Source: the human T2T-CHM13v2.0 reference genome, Homo sapiens. From it: a stretch of DNA of 64,000 nucleotides. The stretch lies in assembly GCF_009914755.1 (NCBI RefSeq), contig NC_060936.1. The stretch is one strand, 5' to 3'. Under the pieces are notes generated by a model that did not search any database, was not told the DNA's origin, and saw nothing but the letters and a program-made list of their open reading frames with translations. Below, piece by piece: positions 1-16,760 of this stretch. A program made the translations under genes and the position numbers. Positions within the stretch are counted from its first letter, which is position 1. The number at the start of each line of letters is the position of its first letter.

Positions 1-304
1 AGAAAGAAACTTTCCTTTTATACTTTCCTTGCTCTTTAACCCCTCCTCCCATGCCACTTTCTCACCATCAGAGTTCTATGGCTTTTAGAATTTGCAGGTG
101 AATGGTTTTCAGATTTATTTTTCCAACATTAACTTCTATTGATAGACATTTTTAGTTCGTTCATCTGTCATTATTCCCAAACTAAACCGATCATCTTTCC
201 TCTGAAATATGGTTTCCTATTATTGCCATTTATTGAGACTCTTGAGCTAGGCTTCTCATTTATAGTTTCTCTAGTCTTCCCATCATCTCATAAGTTAGTT
301 TTTA

Positions 305-430
305 TTACTTACACTTTACAGATGAGAAAACTGAGGATCAGAGAGGTTAAGTCGGTAGCCCAAGATCACATGGCTAGTAAAAATCAGATTGAAAGTGTGA
401 GTCCTGATCTGTCAAGCTGGAAAATCCTCA
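305..430 (-). mobile_element. MIR fragment
   Basis: tttacagatgagaaaactgagg...ccaagatcacatggctagta core. Confidence 0.7.
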
Positions 431-756
431 TCCTATTTGTGATATCTCTACGGCCCTAAAATGTTTTTGGTGCATGTGTATGTTTTCTTATTGTAAAATC
501 TTAAGAGTGGGAACCTATTATAGAAATGTCAGTCTTGAAGTAGATTTTTCCCTCAGAGCTTAGAACTCAAAAGTTCTTGACTTCCCATTTCTGACAACTT
601 TGTCTTTCAACATGTTATTCTCTTCCTTCTTTCATTTGTATGTCATAGTAGCCTTGTATGTTTGTGATTTATCTTTTTTTCTAAAGAAAATTACTGTGGC
701 TTTTAATCTAAGTTCTCAGCAATTTTAGCTTACTGCTTTCCCACCTATTGCCAGTA

Positions 757-1092
757 CAGTCATGTGCTACTTAAGGACATTTCTGTCAAGGATGGACCAC
801 ATAATACAACAATAGTCTCATAAGATCATAATATTGTTTTCACTGTACCTTTTCTATGTTTTGATACACAAATACTTAACCATTGTGTTACGGTTGCCTA
901 TAGTATTCGGTACAGTAACATGCTATACAGATTTTTAGCCTAGGAGCAATAGGCTATTCCATATAGCCTAGGTATGTAGTAGGCTATATCATCTAGGTTT
1001 GTGGAAGTACACCGTATGGCATTCACAGAACAATGAAATGTTCTGTGACCCATTTCTCAAACATATTCCTGTCATTAAGTGATGCACGACTG
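757..1092. mobile_element. Tigger3a/MER7-type DNA transposon MITE
   Basis: TA|CAGTCATG...CACGACTG terminal inverted repeats; typical internal sequence. Confidence 0.8.
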
Positions 1093-1337
1093 CATTACCT
1101 TATAAATGAACAAGTATATTCAATGTTTTCCCAGAGTTTTAATTTACTGCCTTTAAGCAGTTCTTCAAAAATAATGTACTACCATTTCTATAAGAAATTT
1201 AACATTAATTTTTCCCTTTGTGGTATTTCAAGAAAATATATTGCCTAAATTTGATTTAAGGTACATTTTGATTATTAGTGTTTTTTCCAAGAGAAAGGGA
1301 TGGGATCTAAAAGAAAAAAATTATAGGATATATTTAA

Positions 1338-1657
<320 letters not shown>

Positions 1658-1699
1658 TAGAATTCTTACATAAATAACAAAAGATATAATTAGACTGGG

Positions 1700-1865
1700 G
1701 GCTGGATGTGGCAGCTCATACCTGTAATGCCAGCACTTTGGGAGGCCAAAGGGGGAGGATGGCTTGAGGCCAGTAATTTGAGATTATAGTGAGCTATGAT
1801 TATGCCTCTGTAACCTGCCCAGGCAACAGAACAAGACCGACCCTGTCTCTAAAAATAACAAAAAT
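1700..1865 (+). mobile_element. Alu monomer (FAM/FRAM-like)
   Basis: Single arm with A tail. Confidence 0.75.
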
Positions 1866-2378
1866 ACATAATTGAGCAACTTCAAAATCTAAAATTGTTA
1901 AGCAGCTTACTGCAAATTAGTTAATATCATATTTTATACATATGGTTACATCATTATTGCTATCTAAAATTTTCATTGCTTTTTACCATATTGTTTCACA
2001 TTATATTCTTTAGAAAATCTAAAAGTAAACATACAAAAAAGTAGTAACTTGCAGTTGATCTGTTCTTGTGAAGAATTCACATAAGTAAATCCAATGGGTA
2101 CATTTATAGTATATTTATTTCTCATTTAAATCTACAATTGTATTGTTTCATCCTAAAAATCTTTATTTTAAATAATATATATTTTATAGTGGTAATAACA
2201 ATGTGGTATTACCTTCGTGGTTTTATATTAAATAAAATAAACTTTCTAAATATTTCTATAAAAATAATTTTTAAAGATTTTAAAGGTAATCATAAGCTTA
2301 AAATTATAAAATGTAAATTTTATGGTAGAAATGTATAACAACATAATCAAATTTATAAGACTATACTATAAAATATGA

Positions 2379-2576
<198 letters not shown>

Positions 2577-3182
2577 TAAATGGCAATTTTATTTGATATA
2601 TAAAAGTATTCTTTGTTTTGGAATGCTTTTATATTTAAGTTTCTGTCATCTATAGTTGCATGAAAATTTTCCTTTAGAACCACTAACTTTAGCGAAACTA
2701 CAAGAGTTATATTTATGATCCATTATGTGGACCTAAACTAAGAAATTTATATATAAGTGATGGAAAGAACTTCATTGCTTAATGGTACGTTGTAGAGAAT
2801 ACGGTTCAATATTTGTTTTCAGTAAAGAAAATCAATTAAGAATTTAATTATATATTTGGCTGTTAAAAGCTTTTTTTTGTTGTTTTTGTCGTTTTTAAGT
2901 GGCTTGAACTTAGTGGCAGCTATAGTATTTCCATATAGTAGAAACTTAGAAGTAATAATGTGCTAGAAAGAGAATGACTTGTCTTGAATTTGAGTTTGGG
3001 ATGGATACCTATGAAAATTATTTTTAAAGCCATACCATCTTACAATTTAATTAAGATGAACTTTTGAAATAAACCTTTCTTAGACTTGAAGGAAAACTTG
3101 AAAAGAATGTTGGTTAAAATAAAAATCTTAATTCCTTTGACAGTACTTAGGTAAGACCTTTTGCCTTCAGTCATTTTTTTAG

Positions 3183-3623
<441 letters not shown>

Positions 3624-4185
3624 TGATATAGATATTATACTTTATTGTAAACTTCATATACAGATTTTTTATATGATTATGGCTACCTGTGTAGCCTAGG
3701 GATTATTAATAGTATGCAAAATATCTATAGGATAGCAATGATCAAACTGTAACTCTCAACCCAGTAGTGGGACTGTGGATCATTTTAGTAGGTTTTTGTT
3801 TGTTTTTCTTTTCAATGAAAAAATTAAATATATCATAGTTCACCATGTTAGCAAGGGTAAATATTGTTTTCAGTTATATATATGTGACCTATATATGTGT
3901 ATTTGATCATAGTATAAAATCTATTTGTCAAAAAAATTCTTTAAAAATCAGTCCTTTAGGTTGTTTCCTTCATTCATTGAAGGATTATTTCCTTCATTCA
4001 TTTAATTTGACCATCTCTTTCTTTTTAAGGTGTATGTTTGTAAGTTAATTTGAAACTTTCTTCACTGCATGCCAATTTTACTCTCTCCATTTGTCTTGAG
4101 ATTTTTGTTTTTTTCATGGCAAATAGTAGTTGATGGAATGGGTAGTGTGCTAAAGGTGTTTGTTAACTTTTCAAAAAGTTTACGA

Positions 4186-4320
4186 AGCTTGTCGCAGTGG
4201 TGCACTCCTGTAGCCCCAGCTGCCCAGGAAGGCTGAGGCAGGAGGATCGCTTGAACCTAGGAATTCGAGTCTAGCTTGGGCAACATGGTGAGACCTCATG
4301 TCTAAAAAGATAAAAATAAA
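4186..4320 (+). mobile_element. FLAM monomer
   Basis: Single left arm. Confidence 0.75.
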
Positions 4321-5065
4321 GAAGTTTAAGCATAACTGCTTTAGATGAAGTGTTTAGGTTACTTCAAGATAAGTTGCCGGAAGAGTTAATGAACCTAGAT
4401 GTCTGACAGTTTCCCATCTTGCTAATAGATCAGTGTTACATAATTTGATGATTTACCTTTTTCTTGCTAGTCTTTTCTAAACAAGACAGATTAAACAGGG
4501 CTTCTTAGAGCATGCCATTTTTTTTTTTATCCATAGCTTTTCACTACTGCATTGCTAATAAGTTTAGTTTTAGTCTGCAAATATTTGTTAAGCATCCTCT
4601 ACGAGGGTGCATGTGCCAGAAGATAGAAATACAAAAATCACTCCCAGTCCTGAGGGACACAGACCAAAAAACAAATAAATTACAGTATAAGTAAGTACTG
4701 TAAAAAAGATAGTTTCATAGTGCTGTTTGCAACATATTGGACAATTTAACTTTGAGATGGTTGGAGAGTTTTACTACAAGCATTACATTTTAGTTGAGTC
4801 TTAAAGAATGAGTAGGAATTTTTCATGCTAAAATAAACCTGTCAGAATGTTAAGAGCAAGCACAGGAGTGTAAAAGGACCTTGTATGTCCAGGAAACTGT
4901 GAGAAGTTAGGATACTACAAGCATAACGACATGAAAAGAGAAATGGCTCTTATTCATATTTAGTTCCAGTTCCAAGTAGGAACATATATATGATAGCCAT
5001 TGACCACTAAGTGGCTGTTCTGATTTCTTTAATATCATATCAAAAATACTAGTAAAGAACTTTAT

Positions 5066-5230
5066 GCTGGGCATGGTGGCTTGAGCCTGTAATGCCAGCT
5101 ACTCGGGATGCTGAGAACTGGAGAATCTCTTGAGCCCAGGACTTCAAGGCTACAGTGAGCTATGATTGCATCATTGCACTCCAGCCTCGGTTATAAAGTA
5201 AGACACTGTCTCTTTTTAAAAAAAAAACAA
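5066..5230 (+). mobile_element. FRAM/Alu right monomer
   Basis: Single arm with A tail. Confidence 0.75.
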
Positions 5231-5444
5231 ACCAGAAAACTTTCTTTGTTTCCATCAGATTTAAAGCTAAAATTATTTTCTTTACCTATATATTATTGTA
5301 AACTGCTTTGTATTTAAAGTTGAAATAGCTATGTGCTCTCTTCCTTTTAAGGACTTAAAAGTGACTTTGAGTATACATTTAACCTGTTCTTAGTTCTGTA
5401 TTGGCACCACACTTTATGTAGTCTTTTTGTATTTATAATTCTCC

Positions 5445-5769
5445 TTTTTTTTTCTTTTTCTTTTTCTTTCCCTTTTTTTTTTGTTTTTTTTTGAGACACA
5501 GTCTCACTATGTCACCCAGGCTTCTATGCAGTGGTGCTATCTTGATCTTGGCTCATTGCAACCTCTGTCTTGTGAGCTCAAGCCATCCTCCCACCTCAGC
5601 CTCCAAAGTGACTGAGACTACAGGTGCATGCCGCCACACCAAGCTAATTTTTGCATTTTTTTATACAGACAGGGTTTTGCCATGTTGCCAAGGCTGTTCT
5701 CGAACTCCTGAACTCAAGTGATCTGCCCACCTCAGCCTCCCAAAGTGCTGGGATTACAGGCATGAGCCA
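5445..5769 (-). mobile_element. AluJ
   Basis: Dimer, TSD ataattctcctttt. Confidence 0.88.
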
Positions 5770-8552
5770 TAATTCTCCTTTTAGATGTATAATATAGATT
5801 CTTTTCAGTAAGCCCCACTCCCTCTTATATCATCACATATTGATGCTTGGTTTTTTGATCTGTAAGCATTTATCTCTAAAAGTTAGGGACCTCACTCTTT
5901 AGATATAAATACTATATACCACCACCACCACCATACTCCTACAGAAAAAAATTAATTCCCTTCAATATTATGATTTCTTCTTATATCCTGTCAGTGTTTA
6001 CATTTCTCCAGTGGCCTTTTGTTTAGAGTTTGAATTGGAATGTAAGGTTCAAACATTGCCTCTGGTTGATAAGTCTTAAATCTCTTTTAATCTGTTAGAT
6101 TACCCCTCCATCCCTCTTAATTTTTTTTTCTTTGCAAGTTTTTGTTGAAAAAAAAAAACCAGGTTAATTTGTCCTATAGAGCATTACAATCTGGATTTTC
6201 CTGATACTGTTTAGCATGTTACTCTGACCTTGTATTTTCTGTACATTGGTAGTTTGGTCCAAATATTTGATCAAGTTCTGGTTTCACTATATGAAGACCA
6301 CTTCAGAAATGATATTGTGTACTTCCATCAGGAGATATGTAATATCTTCTTGTCTCTTTTTGTGATATAAACAGCCTTTAAGGATCATTGTTCAGAACAT
6401 TATTTCATTAAGGTTTGTAAAATATAAAAGACCCCCTTTTATCAGTCATTTGCCTTCTTTGAGGAATAGTTCCTACAGGAAAGGCAAGATAGATGCTTGG
6501 ATATTTCCCTTATTTACCAGTTTTCAAAATAATGAGTTGCTCACTATCACCCTGCAAAAGTTACCATGAGGTTTGGTTTTTGTTTATTTTGTTTGTAGTA
6601 TTACTGTGAGCTAACAGGAATTTAAACATATTTGAGATATTTCAGTCAATTGAGGTTATGTATCCTTCTTGGTATACAAATTGTGCCATTTTCGGTCAGT
6701 GAAAGCCTCTTCAAGTGGATTTCCCAGGTCCTTTGGTTGTGACCTTAATATAAGTGTTTGATAGTTTTCCTGCTCTCTGATAGGCAAGATAGTCTGTGTG
6801 TTTATACTGATTCTTGGAATTTAGATTAAGTACAACAAGGTTTTTACTTCGTTTTATCATTTTCACACCTGTACCTTCTTTCTCCCACACCAAAAATCCC
6901 ATTTCTCAATATTGTTAAGAATTTATTCTTTGTCCTATGTCATACTCCAAAAAAAATGTTGTCTGCTGTGGTATAACTTGAAAAGGTTTTTCTCATTTTT
7001 TCAATTAATCATTTGTCTTTTAAAGTAAACAGACAAATGATTGTCTTTTTACAATCATTTGTAAAAGAAAACAAAGTAACCCTTTGTTTTTTGTTATTTT
7101 GTTTGTTTTTGTCCTAGATGAAGGGTTTTTTTCTTTCAATTAATTTTTCTGTAAACAAATTTATTAGGTTTTTCATTATTGCTTCAGGATCTGGATTATA
7201 GTTAGGAAGGCTTTCTCTGTGCCCAAATTGTAGAAGAACCCCCATGTTTTTATTTAGAACTTATGTGATTTTTTAGTTTCCATTTAAATCTTATATTTTG
7301 GTATTTTTCCCTGTGTCAGTAATCTGGTCTTAAGGAAATGAGGGTAAGTCAGTGACTTTTTTCTTCAATTTGTCACTGTAACTTTCTTTTCTCATACTAT
7401 AAGAGTAGTTTATTCTAAGAAAAATGAGAGTCACAGTGGATATTTTGGGCTTCAGCACTGTCCAGTGGGACAATCCAAACTAGTTTCATCAGATGCTACT
7501 CAAGACTCTTAACAAAAGTGATTCCACAATATTTTCATAATTGTTTTTCTTATTTTAAAATTATATTTCTAGCTTTTAAAAAATTTAAATTCCAAAAATA
7601 GCGTTATCAGAAGATAACCATGGTTGTAAGTTTGGTATGTGTCTTTACAAACCTTTTTCATATACAGCTATACTATATTGTACATGAAAAGTATACATGT
7701 ATACTTTGTTTCTTATTTTAAACTATATATACTGATCTAGAGCTTGCTTCAATAATATATGTAATACTCATTAATATGACTATATATATATACTTTTTAT
7801 GTCAATACATAGATTTACTCATTCTTTGTATTGAATACCAATAATTCCCTTTTATTGCACTGTCTTTGTTATCTGCATTGGTAAATAGAACTGCTCGTCC
7901 TTTTTTTGACAGGATTACTCTTGAATTATGAGGACACATTTCTTTCCATAAATAAGATGCAATGATCCTGCACTATAGTCTGTTAACTATATCTCATATT
8001 AAGGGTATTTAGGATTTTAGTTATTTGCTATTACATATGAACAGAACTGTGGTGAATAATTTCGTTTCCATAGCACATTTTCTACAAGTATTTCAGTAGA
8101 ATAAAATACCAAATTGGGAATTGCTGAGTCAGGGGATTTACATGTTTTTATTTTTGTAGAAGTACCATCTAAAAATGTTAACTTGTAATTCAAATAATAG
8201 AATATGAGCTTGTTTCCCACTACCTGGCTACTCAAAACTGAGGGGAAATTTCTTTGCTGATCTGATAGCCTCAAAAAGACTGTCAATTTTTATTCTTTTG
8301 TTATTTTAACTTTTTAAATAGACTATTTTGAGAGCAATTTTAGGTTTACAACAAAATTGAATGGCAAATACAGAGTGTTCCTATATAGCACTGCCCCACA
8401 AATATTACATCTTTATAGGAATGGTACATTTGTTATAACTGGTTAACCTACATTGACACATCATTATCACCCAAAGTCCATTGTTTACATTAAGATTTGC
8501 TCTTGACATTGTACATTCTGGGGGTTTTGTTTTGTTGGGTTGTTTTGTGAAG

Positions 8553-8553
8553 T

Positions 8554-8592
<39 letters not shown>

Positions 8593-8873
8593 GGAGATGG
8601 AGTCTTACTTCATCACCCAGGCTGGAGTGCAGTGGGGTGATCTCGGCTCACTGCAACCTCCACCTCCCAAGTTCAAACGATTCTCTTGGCTCATCTTCCT
8701 GAGTAGCTGGGACTACAGGTGCGTGCCACCATGCCCAGCTAATTTTTGTATTTTTAGTAGAGATGGCATTTCACCATGTTGGGAAGGCTGGTCTTGAACT
8801 CCTGACCTCCTGATCCACCCACCTTGGCCTCCCAAAGTGCTGGGATTACAGGCATGAGCCACTGCACCCAGCC
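8553..8873 (-). mobile_element. AluS with (GTT)n microsatellite tail
   Basis: Dimer; GTT run 8555-8591. Confidence 0.9.
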
Positions 8874-9515
<642 letters not shown>

Positions 9516-9740
9516 ACTCTATGGGTTTTGACAACTATTAATATAATAACATGTGTCCACCATTACAGTATACAGAATAGTTTTATTGCCCTAAAAATCT
9601 TTTGTATTCTGCCTCTTCATCTTACCATTCCCCAGCTCCTGTTTTAATTTTTATTTCAAGTATTGAGTTAAATATCTTTATGATTTTCTTCTGTGAATTA
9701 TCTACTCGTGTCATTTGCTCATTCTTTATTGCCCTTCCTA

Positions 9741-10095
<355 letters not shown>

Positions 10096-10645
10096 TTATT
10101 ATGTGTCCACCCCACGTCTCGAGACTTTAGCCATATTTTGCTACATAAAATTTAAATCTTAATGGTTTTCATGTCGTGCTTAGAAAGACCTTTTCAACTT
10201 TTATATCATAAAATGCACATTTTTTGCTTTGTAATACATTAATATTTTTACTTTTTGATTAATTTGTAATTTAGCTTGATGTATAAAATGAGGTATGAGC
10301 CTAGCTTAATTATTTTCCAAATGGCTAACTTATTGGCAATCATCTTTCCCTCAGACATTTGAATTGCCACCTTTGTCATATACTAATCCTATAAATGCTG
10401 TGCCTATTTCTGGATCACTTGTTATCCCCTTGATCTCTGTCCTTATTACACTATCACTTTAAATGTATTTTAACTTTGGACATGGCAGTTTGCCCCTGCT
10501 GATTCTTCGCAGTTTTTTATGATTTATTTGAGCAACTACTTTATACTAGGCACTGTGCCGGGTTTTGAAATTAGAGTGATGTATAAATCAGATTTATTTC
10601 TCGAGATTGCCAAGAAAGGCATGTTGGGATTTGGGTTGCAATTGC

Positions 10646-10938
10646 TTTTTGTTTTTTTTTTGAGATGGAGTCTCGCTGTGTCACCCAGGCTGGAGTACAT
10701 TGGCAAGATGTTGGCTCACTGTAACCTTCGCCTCCCAGGTTCAAGCGATTCGCCTGCCTCAGCCTGAGTAGCTGGGATTACAGGCACGTGCCACCATGCC
10801 CAGCTAATTTTTGTATTTTTAGTAGGGACAGGGTTTCACCATATTGGCCAGGCTGGTCTCGAACTCCTGAGCTCGTGATCTGCCTGCCTCGGCCTCCCAA
10901 AGTGCTGGGATTACAGGCGTGCGCCACCGTGCCCGGCC
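10646..10938 (-). mobile_element. AluS
   Basis: Dimer. Confidence 0.9.
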
Positions 10939-11145
10939 GCGATTGCTTTTAATGAACAGTTTTTTGTTTATTTTTTGATAGTGAGCACTTTTTTTTAGAT
11001 TTCCCTTACTGGAAAAGGTATCAGCCCATGTTATTACTTTTTTTTTTCCAATAGAGCTTCTTGACTTTTCTTCGCATGAATTTTGTACTTTATTAAGTTT
11101 ATTGCTAGGTGGTAGTCTTATATTTAGTTGTTATAAATGATCTCA

Positions 11146-11911
<766 letters not shown>

Positions 11912-14038
11912 AAAACCACGTTTTTTTAGAGCAGTTTTAGGTTTATGGAAAAATCGAGCAGACAGAATAGAGTTCCCATATCTCCGTCCTCCCTGCACAC
12001 AGTTTCCACTATTATTGACACCTTGCATTAGTGTGGTACACATGTGATAATTGATGAGCCAATATTGATACACTAGTATTAACTAAAGTTCATAGTTTAC
12101 ATTCAGATTCATCCTTTCTACAGTTCTGTGGGTTTTGACAAATGCGTAATGTCATGTCTCCAACATTACAGTAACATGCAGAGTACCTTCACTACACTAA
12201 AAATCCATTTTGCTTTACCTATTTATTCCTCCTCACCCCCTCCCTCGCCCCCAGTTCCTGGCAGCCACTCATTTTTTTTACTATTTCTATAGTTTTCATT
12301 TTTCCAGAATGTAATATAGTTGGAATTATTCAGCAGTATCCTTTTTAATCTGGTTTCTTTCACTTAGTAATATGCACATAAGTTTTCTCCATGTCTTCTT
12401 ATTGTTGGATAGCTCATTTCTTTTTATTTCTGTATAATATTTTATTATACAGATGTACATAGTTTGCTTATCCATTCGTCTATTGAACAGTGTCATAATT
12501 GCTTCCAATTACTGGCAATTTTGAACTAAGGTGTTATAAACATTTATGTGTAAGTTTGTGTGGATGTAGTTTTTCAACTAACTCATTTGGGCAAACACCT
12601 AGAATTATAATTGCTGGATCATATGATAAAGACTATGCTTAACATTGTAAGACACTGTGAATCTGTCTTCCAAAGTGTCTGTACGATTTTGTATTCCTAC
12701 CAGCAGTGAATGAGAATTTTGTTGCTTCATATCCTTGCCAACATTTAGTTTTGTCAGTGTTTTAGATATGAGCCATTCTGATAGGTGTGTGTTGGTATAT
12801 CTGTTAATTTCTAGTTCCCTAAAAACATATGATGCTGAGCATCTTTTTGTTTGTTTATTTACCATATGTATATCTTTTTGGTGGGTGTCTATTCAGATAT
12901 TTAACCCATTTTTAATTTGGTTGTTTGCTGAGAGCTTTTGGCATGAGTAGATAATGGATTATGTCAAATGCTTTTCTGCGTCTATTGCTATGATCATATG
13001 ATTTTTATTTTTTGTCTTGTGAATGTGATGGATTACTTCAATTTTTGCTTCAACCAGCCTTGTGTCCCTGTAATAAATTTTACTTTGTCATGGCATATAT
13101 TTCTTTTTTATGCATTGTTTGATACAATTTGCTAATATTTTTCCTGAGGATGTTCTCCTCTATATTCATGCAAGATTCTGGGATGTAGTTTTCTTGTAAT
13201 GTCTTTGTCTGATTTTGGTAATAGGGTTATGCTGTCCTCATAGAATAAGTTAGAAAGTGTTCCCTCTGCTTCTATTGTCTGGTAGGGAGTAGGGATTGTA
13301 GAGAATTTATATCATTCCTTCCTTTAATTATTTGTTGTGAATTCAGCAGAGAAACCTGTGGTCCTGGTACTTTCTGTTTTGAAGGTTATTAATTATTGAT
13401 TCAATTTCTTTAATAGTTACAATGTTATTCAGATTATCTGTTGCTCCTTGAGTGAGTTTTGGCAGATTGTGTCTTTCAGGGAATTGGCCGATTTCATCTA
13501 AGTTATCAAATATGTGAGCATAGAGATATTTCTGTTTCTTTATTAGCATCCTTTTAATGTCCATGGGATTGGTAGTAATGGTCCCTTTTTCATTTCTGAT
13601 ATTAATGATTTGTATCTTCTGTTATTTTTTCTTGGTTAGGTTAGCTACAGGTTTATGTATTTTATTGAATTTTTTTTCCCCCAAAGAACCAGCTTTTGGT
13701 TTTGTTAAATTTTTTTCTTTCTGTTGATTTCCTGTTTTCAGTTTCATTAATTTCTGTTCTTTTATTATTTTTTTTCTTCTGCCTGCTTTGGGTTTAATGT
13801 GCTTTTCTTTGTCTAGTTTCCTAAGGTAGAAGCTTGCATTATTATTTTAGATCTTTCTTCTTTTTTAGTATATAAGTTCAATGCTAAAGCCTTCCCTCTA
13901 AGTACTACTTTTACTATATCCAGAAATTATGATTATGTTGTATTTTCATTTTCCTCTAGTTCGAAATATTGCAAAAATGTGTTATTTAGACTCCAAATGT
14001 TTTTGGTATTTTCTAGCTATCTTTTTGTTATTGATTTC

Positions 14039-14335
14039 TCTATTAATCTGTTCTCACACTGCTTTAAGGACATACCCGAGACTGGGTAACTTATAAAGAA
14101 TAAAGGTTTAATTGACTCACAGTTTTGCATGGCTGGGAAGGCCTCAGGAAAGCAACAATCATGACAGAAAGGGAAGTAAACACGTCCTTCACATGGCAGC
14201 AAGAGAGAGAAGTGCCAAGCAAAGAGGGGAAAAGTCCCTTATAAAATCGTCAGATCTCGTGAGAACTCACTCACTATCAGGAGAACAGCAGCACGGGCGT
14301 AACCGCATGGGTGGGGACACAGCCAAACCATATCA
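14039..14335 (-). mobile_element. THE1-type (MaLR) solo LTR with internal deletion
   Basis: catacccgagactgggtaa...acacagccaaaccatatca; near-TSD atttc/attac. Confidence 0.85.
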
Positions 14336-15661
14336 ATTACTATTTAATTCCATTGTGGTTTCAGAGTATACATATGATTTCTATTCTTTTAAATTTGCTA
14401 AGGTGTGTTTTATGTCCCAGATTGTGGTCTATCTTGGTGGATGTTCCATGTGAGCTTGAGAAGAATATATTGTTGGATGAAGTATTCAGTAAATATCAAT
14501 TAGATCCAGTTGATTGATGGTGCTGTTCAATTCAACTATATCCTTACTGATTTTCTGCCTATTGGATCTGTCAATTACTGATAGAGGTATGTTGAAGTCT
14601 TCAACTATAATAGTGGATTTGGTTCTTTCTCTTTGCAGTTCTATCAGTGTTTGACTCACATGTTTTGATGCTTTATGTTCAGTACATATATCTTAAGGAT
14701 TGCTATATCTTCTTGGAGAAGATTGTTAGGTTTTCTTTATCATTATGTAATGCCCCTCTTGATCCACGATAATTTTCCTTGCTCTGAAGTCTGCTTTGTC
14801 TGAAATAATTATTGCCACTCCAGCTTACTTTTAATTAGTGTTAATATAGTTTATCTTTCTCCATCCCTTTACTTTTAATCTGTGTCTTTATTTTAACAAT
14901 ACATAGTTGGGTCTTATTATCCTCTTTGTCTTTTAATTCGTGTATTTAGATCATTCTCATTTAATGTGATTTTCACTGTAGTTGCATTGATAGCTATCAT
15001 ATTTGTAAATGCACTTGTTCTTTTTCTGCTGTCCCATTTTTCTGCCTTCTCTGATGTTAGCTGAGCACTTTTTATGTTGCCATTTTCTCCCCTTTCTTCG
15101 GATATCAATCATATTTCTTTAACTTTTTCATTTGTGGTTATTTTAGAGTTTGCAGTATACATTTATAGTTAATCTAAGATGACTTTCAAACAATAGTACA
15201 GGCATACCTCAGAGATATTGCATGTTTGGTTCCAGATCACCACAAGAAGGCAAATATCACAATAAAGCAAGTCACATAAATATTTTTGTTTCTTAGTGCA
15301 TTTAAAAGTAATGTTTACACTATACTGTAGTTAATTAAGTGTGCAATAACATTTTGTCTAAAATAAAAAGGTACATACCTTAATTAAAAATGCTTTACTG
15401 CTAAAGATGCTAATGATCATCTGAACCTTTAGCAAGTCATCATCTTTTTGCTGGTGAAAGGTCTTGCCTCGATATTGATGGCTGCTGACTGATCAGGATA
15501 GTGGTTGCTGAAGGTTGGGGTAGTCATGTCAATTTCTTAAAATAAGGTAATGAAGTTTGCCACATCACTGGACTCTTCCTTTCACAAAAGATTTTGCTGT
15601 AGCATGAGATGCTGCTTGATACCATTTTACCCACGGTAGAACTTCTTTCAAAATTGGAATC

Positions 15662-15969
15662 AAGCAGCAGTGCATTCCTGTACTCCCAGCTATTTGGGAG
15701 GTTGAGGAAGGAGGATTGCTTGAGTCCAAGAGTTCTGGGCTGTAGCACACTACACTGACTGGTTGTCTGCACTAAGTTCGGCATCAGTATGGTGACTTCC
15801 TGGGAGTAGGGACCACCAGGTTGCCTAAGGAAGGGTGAACTAGCCCAAGTCAGAAATGGAGCAAGTCAAAACTCCAACGCTGATCAGTACTAGGATAGTG
15901 CCTGTAAATAGCCACTGCACTCCAACCTGGACAATAGAGCAAGACCCTGTCTCTTAAAAAAAAAAAAAA
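15662..15969 (+). pseudogene. 7SL (SRP RNA) retropseudogene including the S domain
   Basis: Alu-domain 5' end, then gcactaagttcggcatcagtatggtgac...accaccaggttgcctaagg-aggggtgaac S domain, Alu-domain 3' end and poly(A). Confidence 0.9.
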
Positions 15970-16465
15970 GATTGAGTCAGTCTTCTCAAACCCTGCTGCT
16001 ATGTTATCAACTAAGTTTATGTAATATTCTAAAGCCTTTGCTATCATTTCAACAGTGTTCACAGCATCTTCACCAGGAGTAGATTCTACCCCAAGAAACC
16101 ACTTTCTTTGTTCATCCCTAAGAAGCAACTCCTCATCCATTCAAATTTTATCATAAGATTTTAGCAATTCAGTTACATCTTTAGGCTCTGCTTCTAGTTC
16201 TCTTGCTATTTGTATCATATTTGCTGTTACTTCCTCCACTGAAGCCTTGAATCCTCAAAGTCATTCATGAGAATTGGAATCAATTTCTTCCATACTCCTG
16301 CTAATGTTCATATTTCGACCTCCTCCCATGAATCACGAATGTTCTTAGTGGCAACTAGCATTAGAGAATCCTTTGCAGAAGATTTTCAATTTACTTTGCC
16401 AGATCTATCCATGGAATTACTATCTATAGCAGCTATAGCCTTAAGGAACAAGAGTTGAAAGTTGA

Positions 16466-16760
16466 GGCCAGGCACAGTGGCTGATGCCTGTAATCTCAAC
16501 ACTTTGGAAGGCCAAAGCAGGAAGATGGCTTGAACCTAGGAGTTCAAGATGAGGCTGGCAATATAGCAAGACCTTGTTCCTACAAAAAAATTAAAAAATA
16601 GGTGGTCATGGTGGCCCTTGCCTGTGGTCCCAGTTACTCAGGAGGCTTTGGTGGAAGGATCGCTTGAGCCCAGGAGGCGGAGTTTGCAGTGAGCGGAGAT
16701 GTACCACTACACTCCATCCTCAGCAACAGAGTGAGACCCTGTCTCAAAAAAATAAAAAAT
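16466..16760 (+). mobile_element. AluJ within Tigger1
   Basis: Dimer, TSD agttga. Confidence 0.88.

Noticed and set aside
8481-8797. Poly-Val and poly-Cys ORFs
   Set aside because: Translation of a (GTT)n Alu-tail microsatellite
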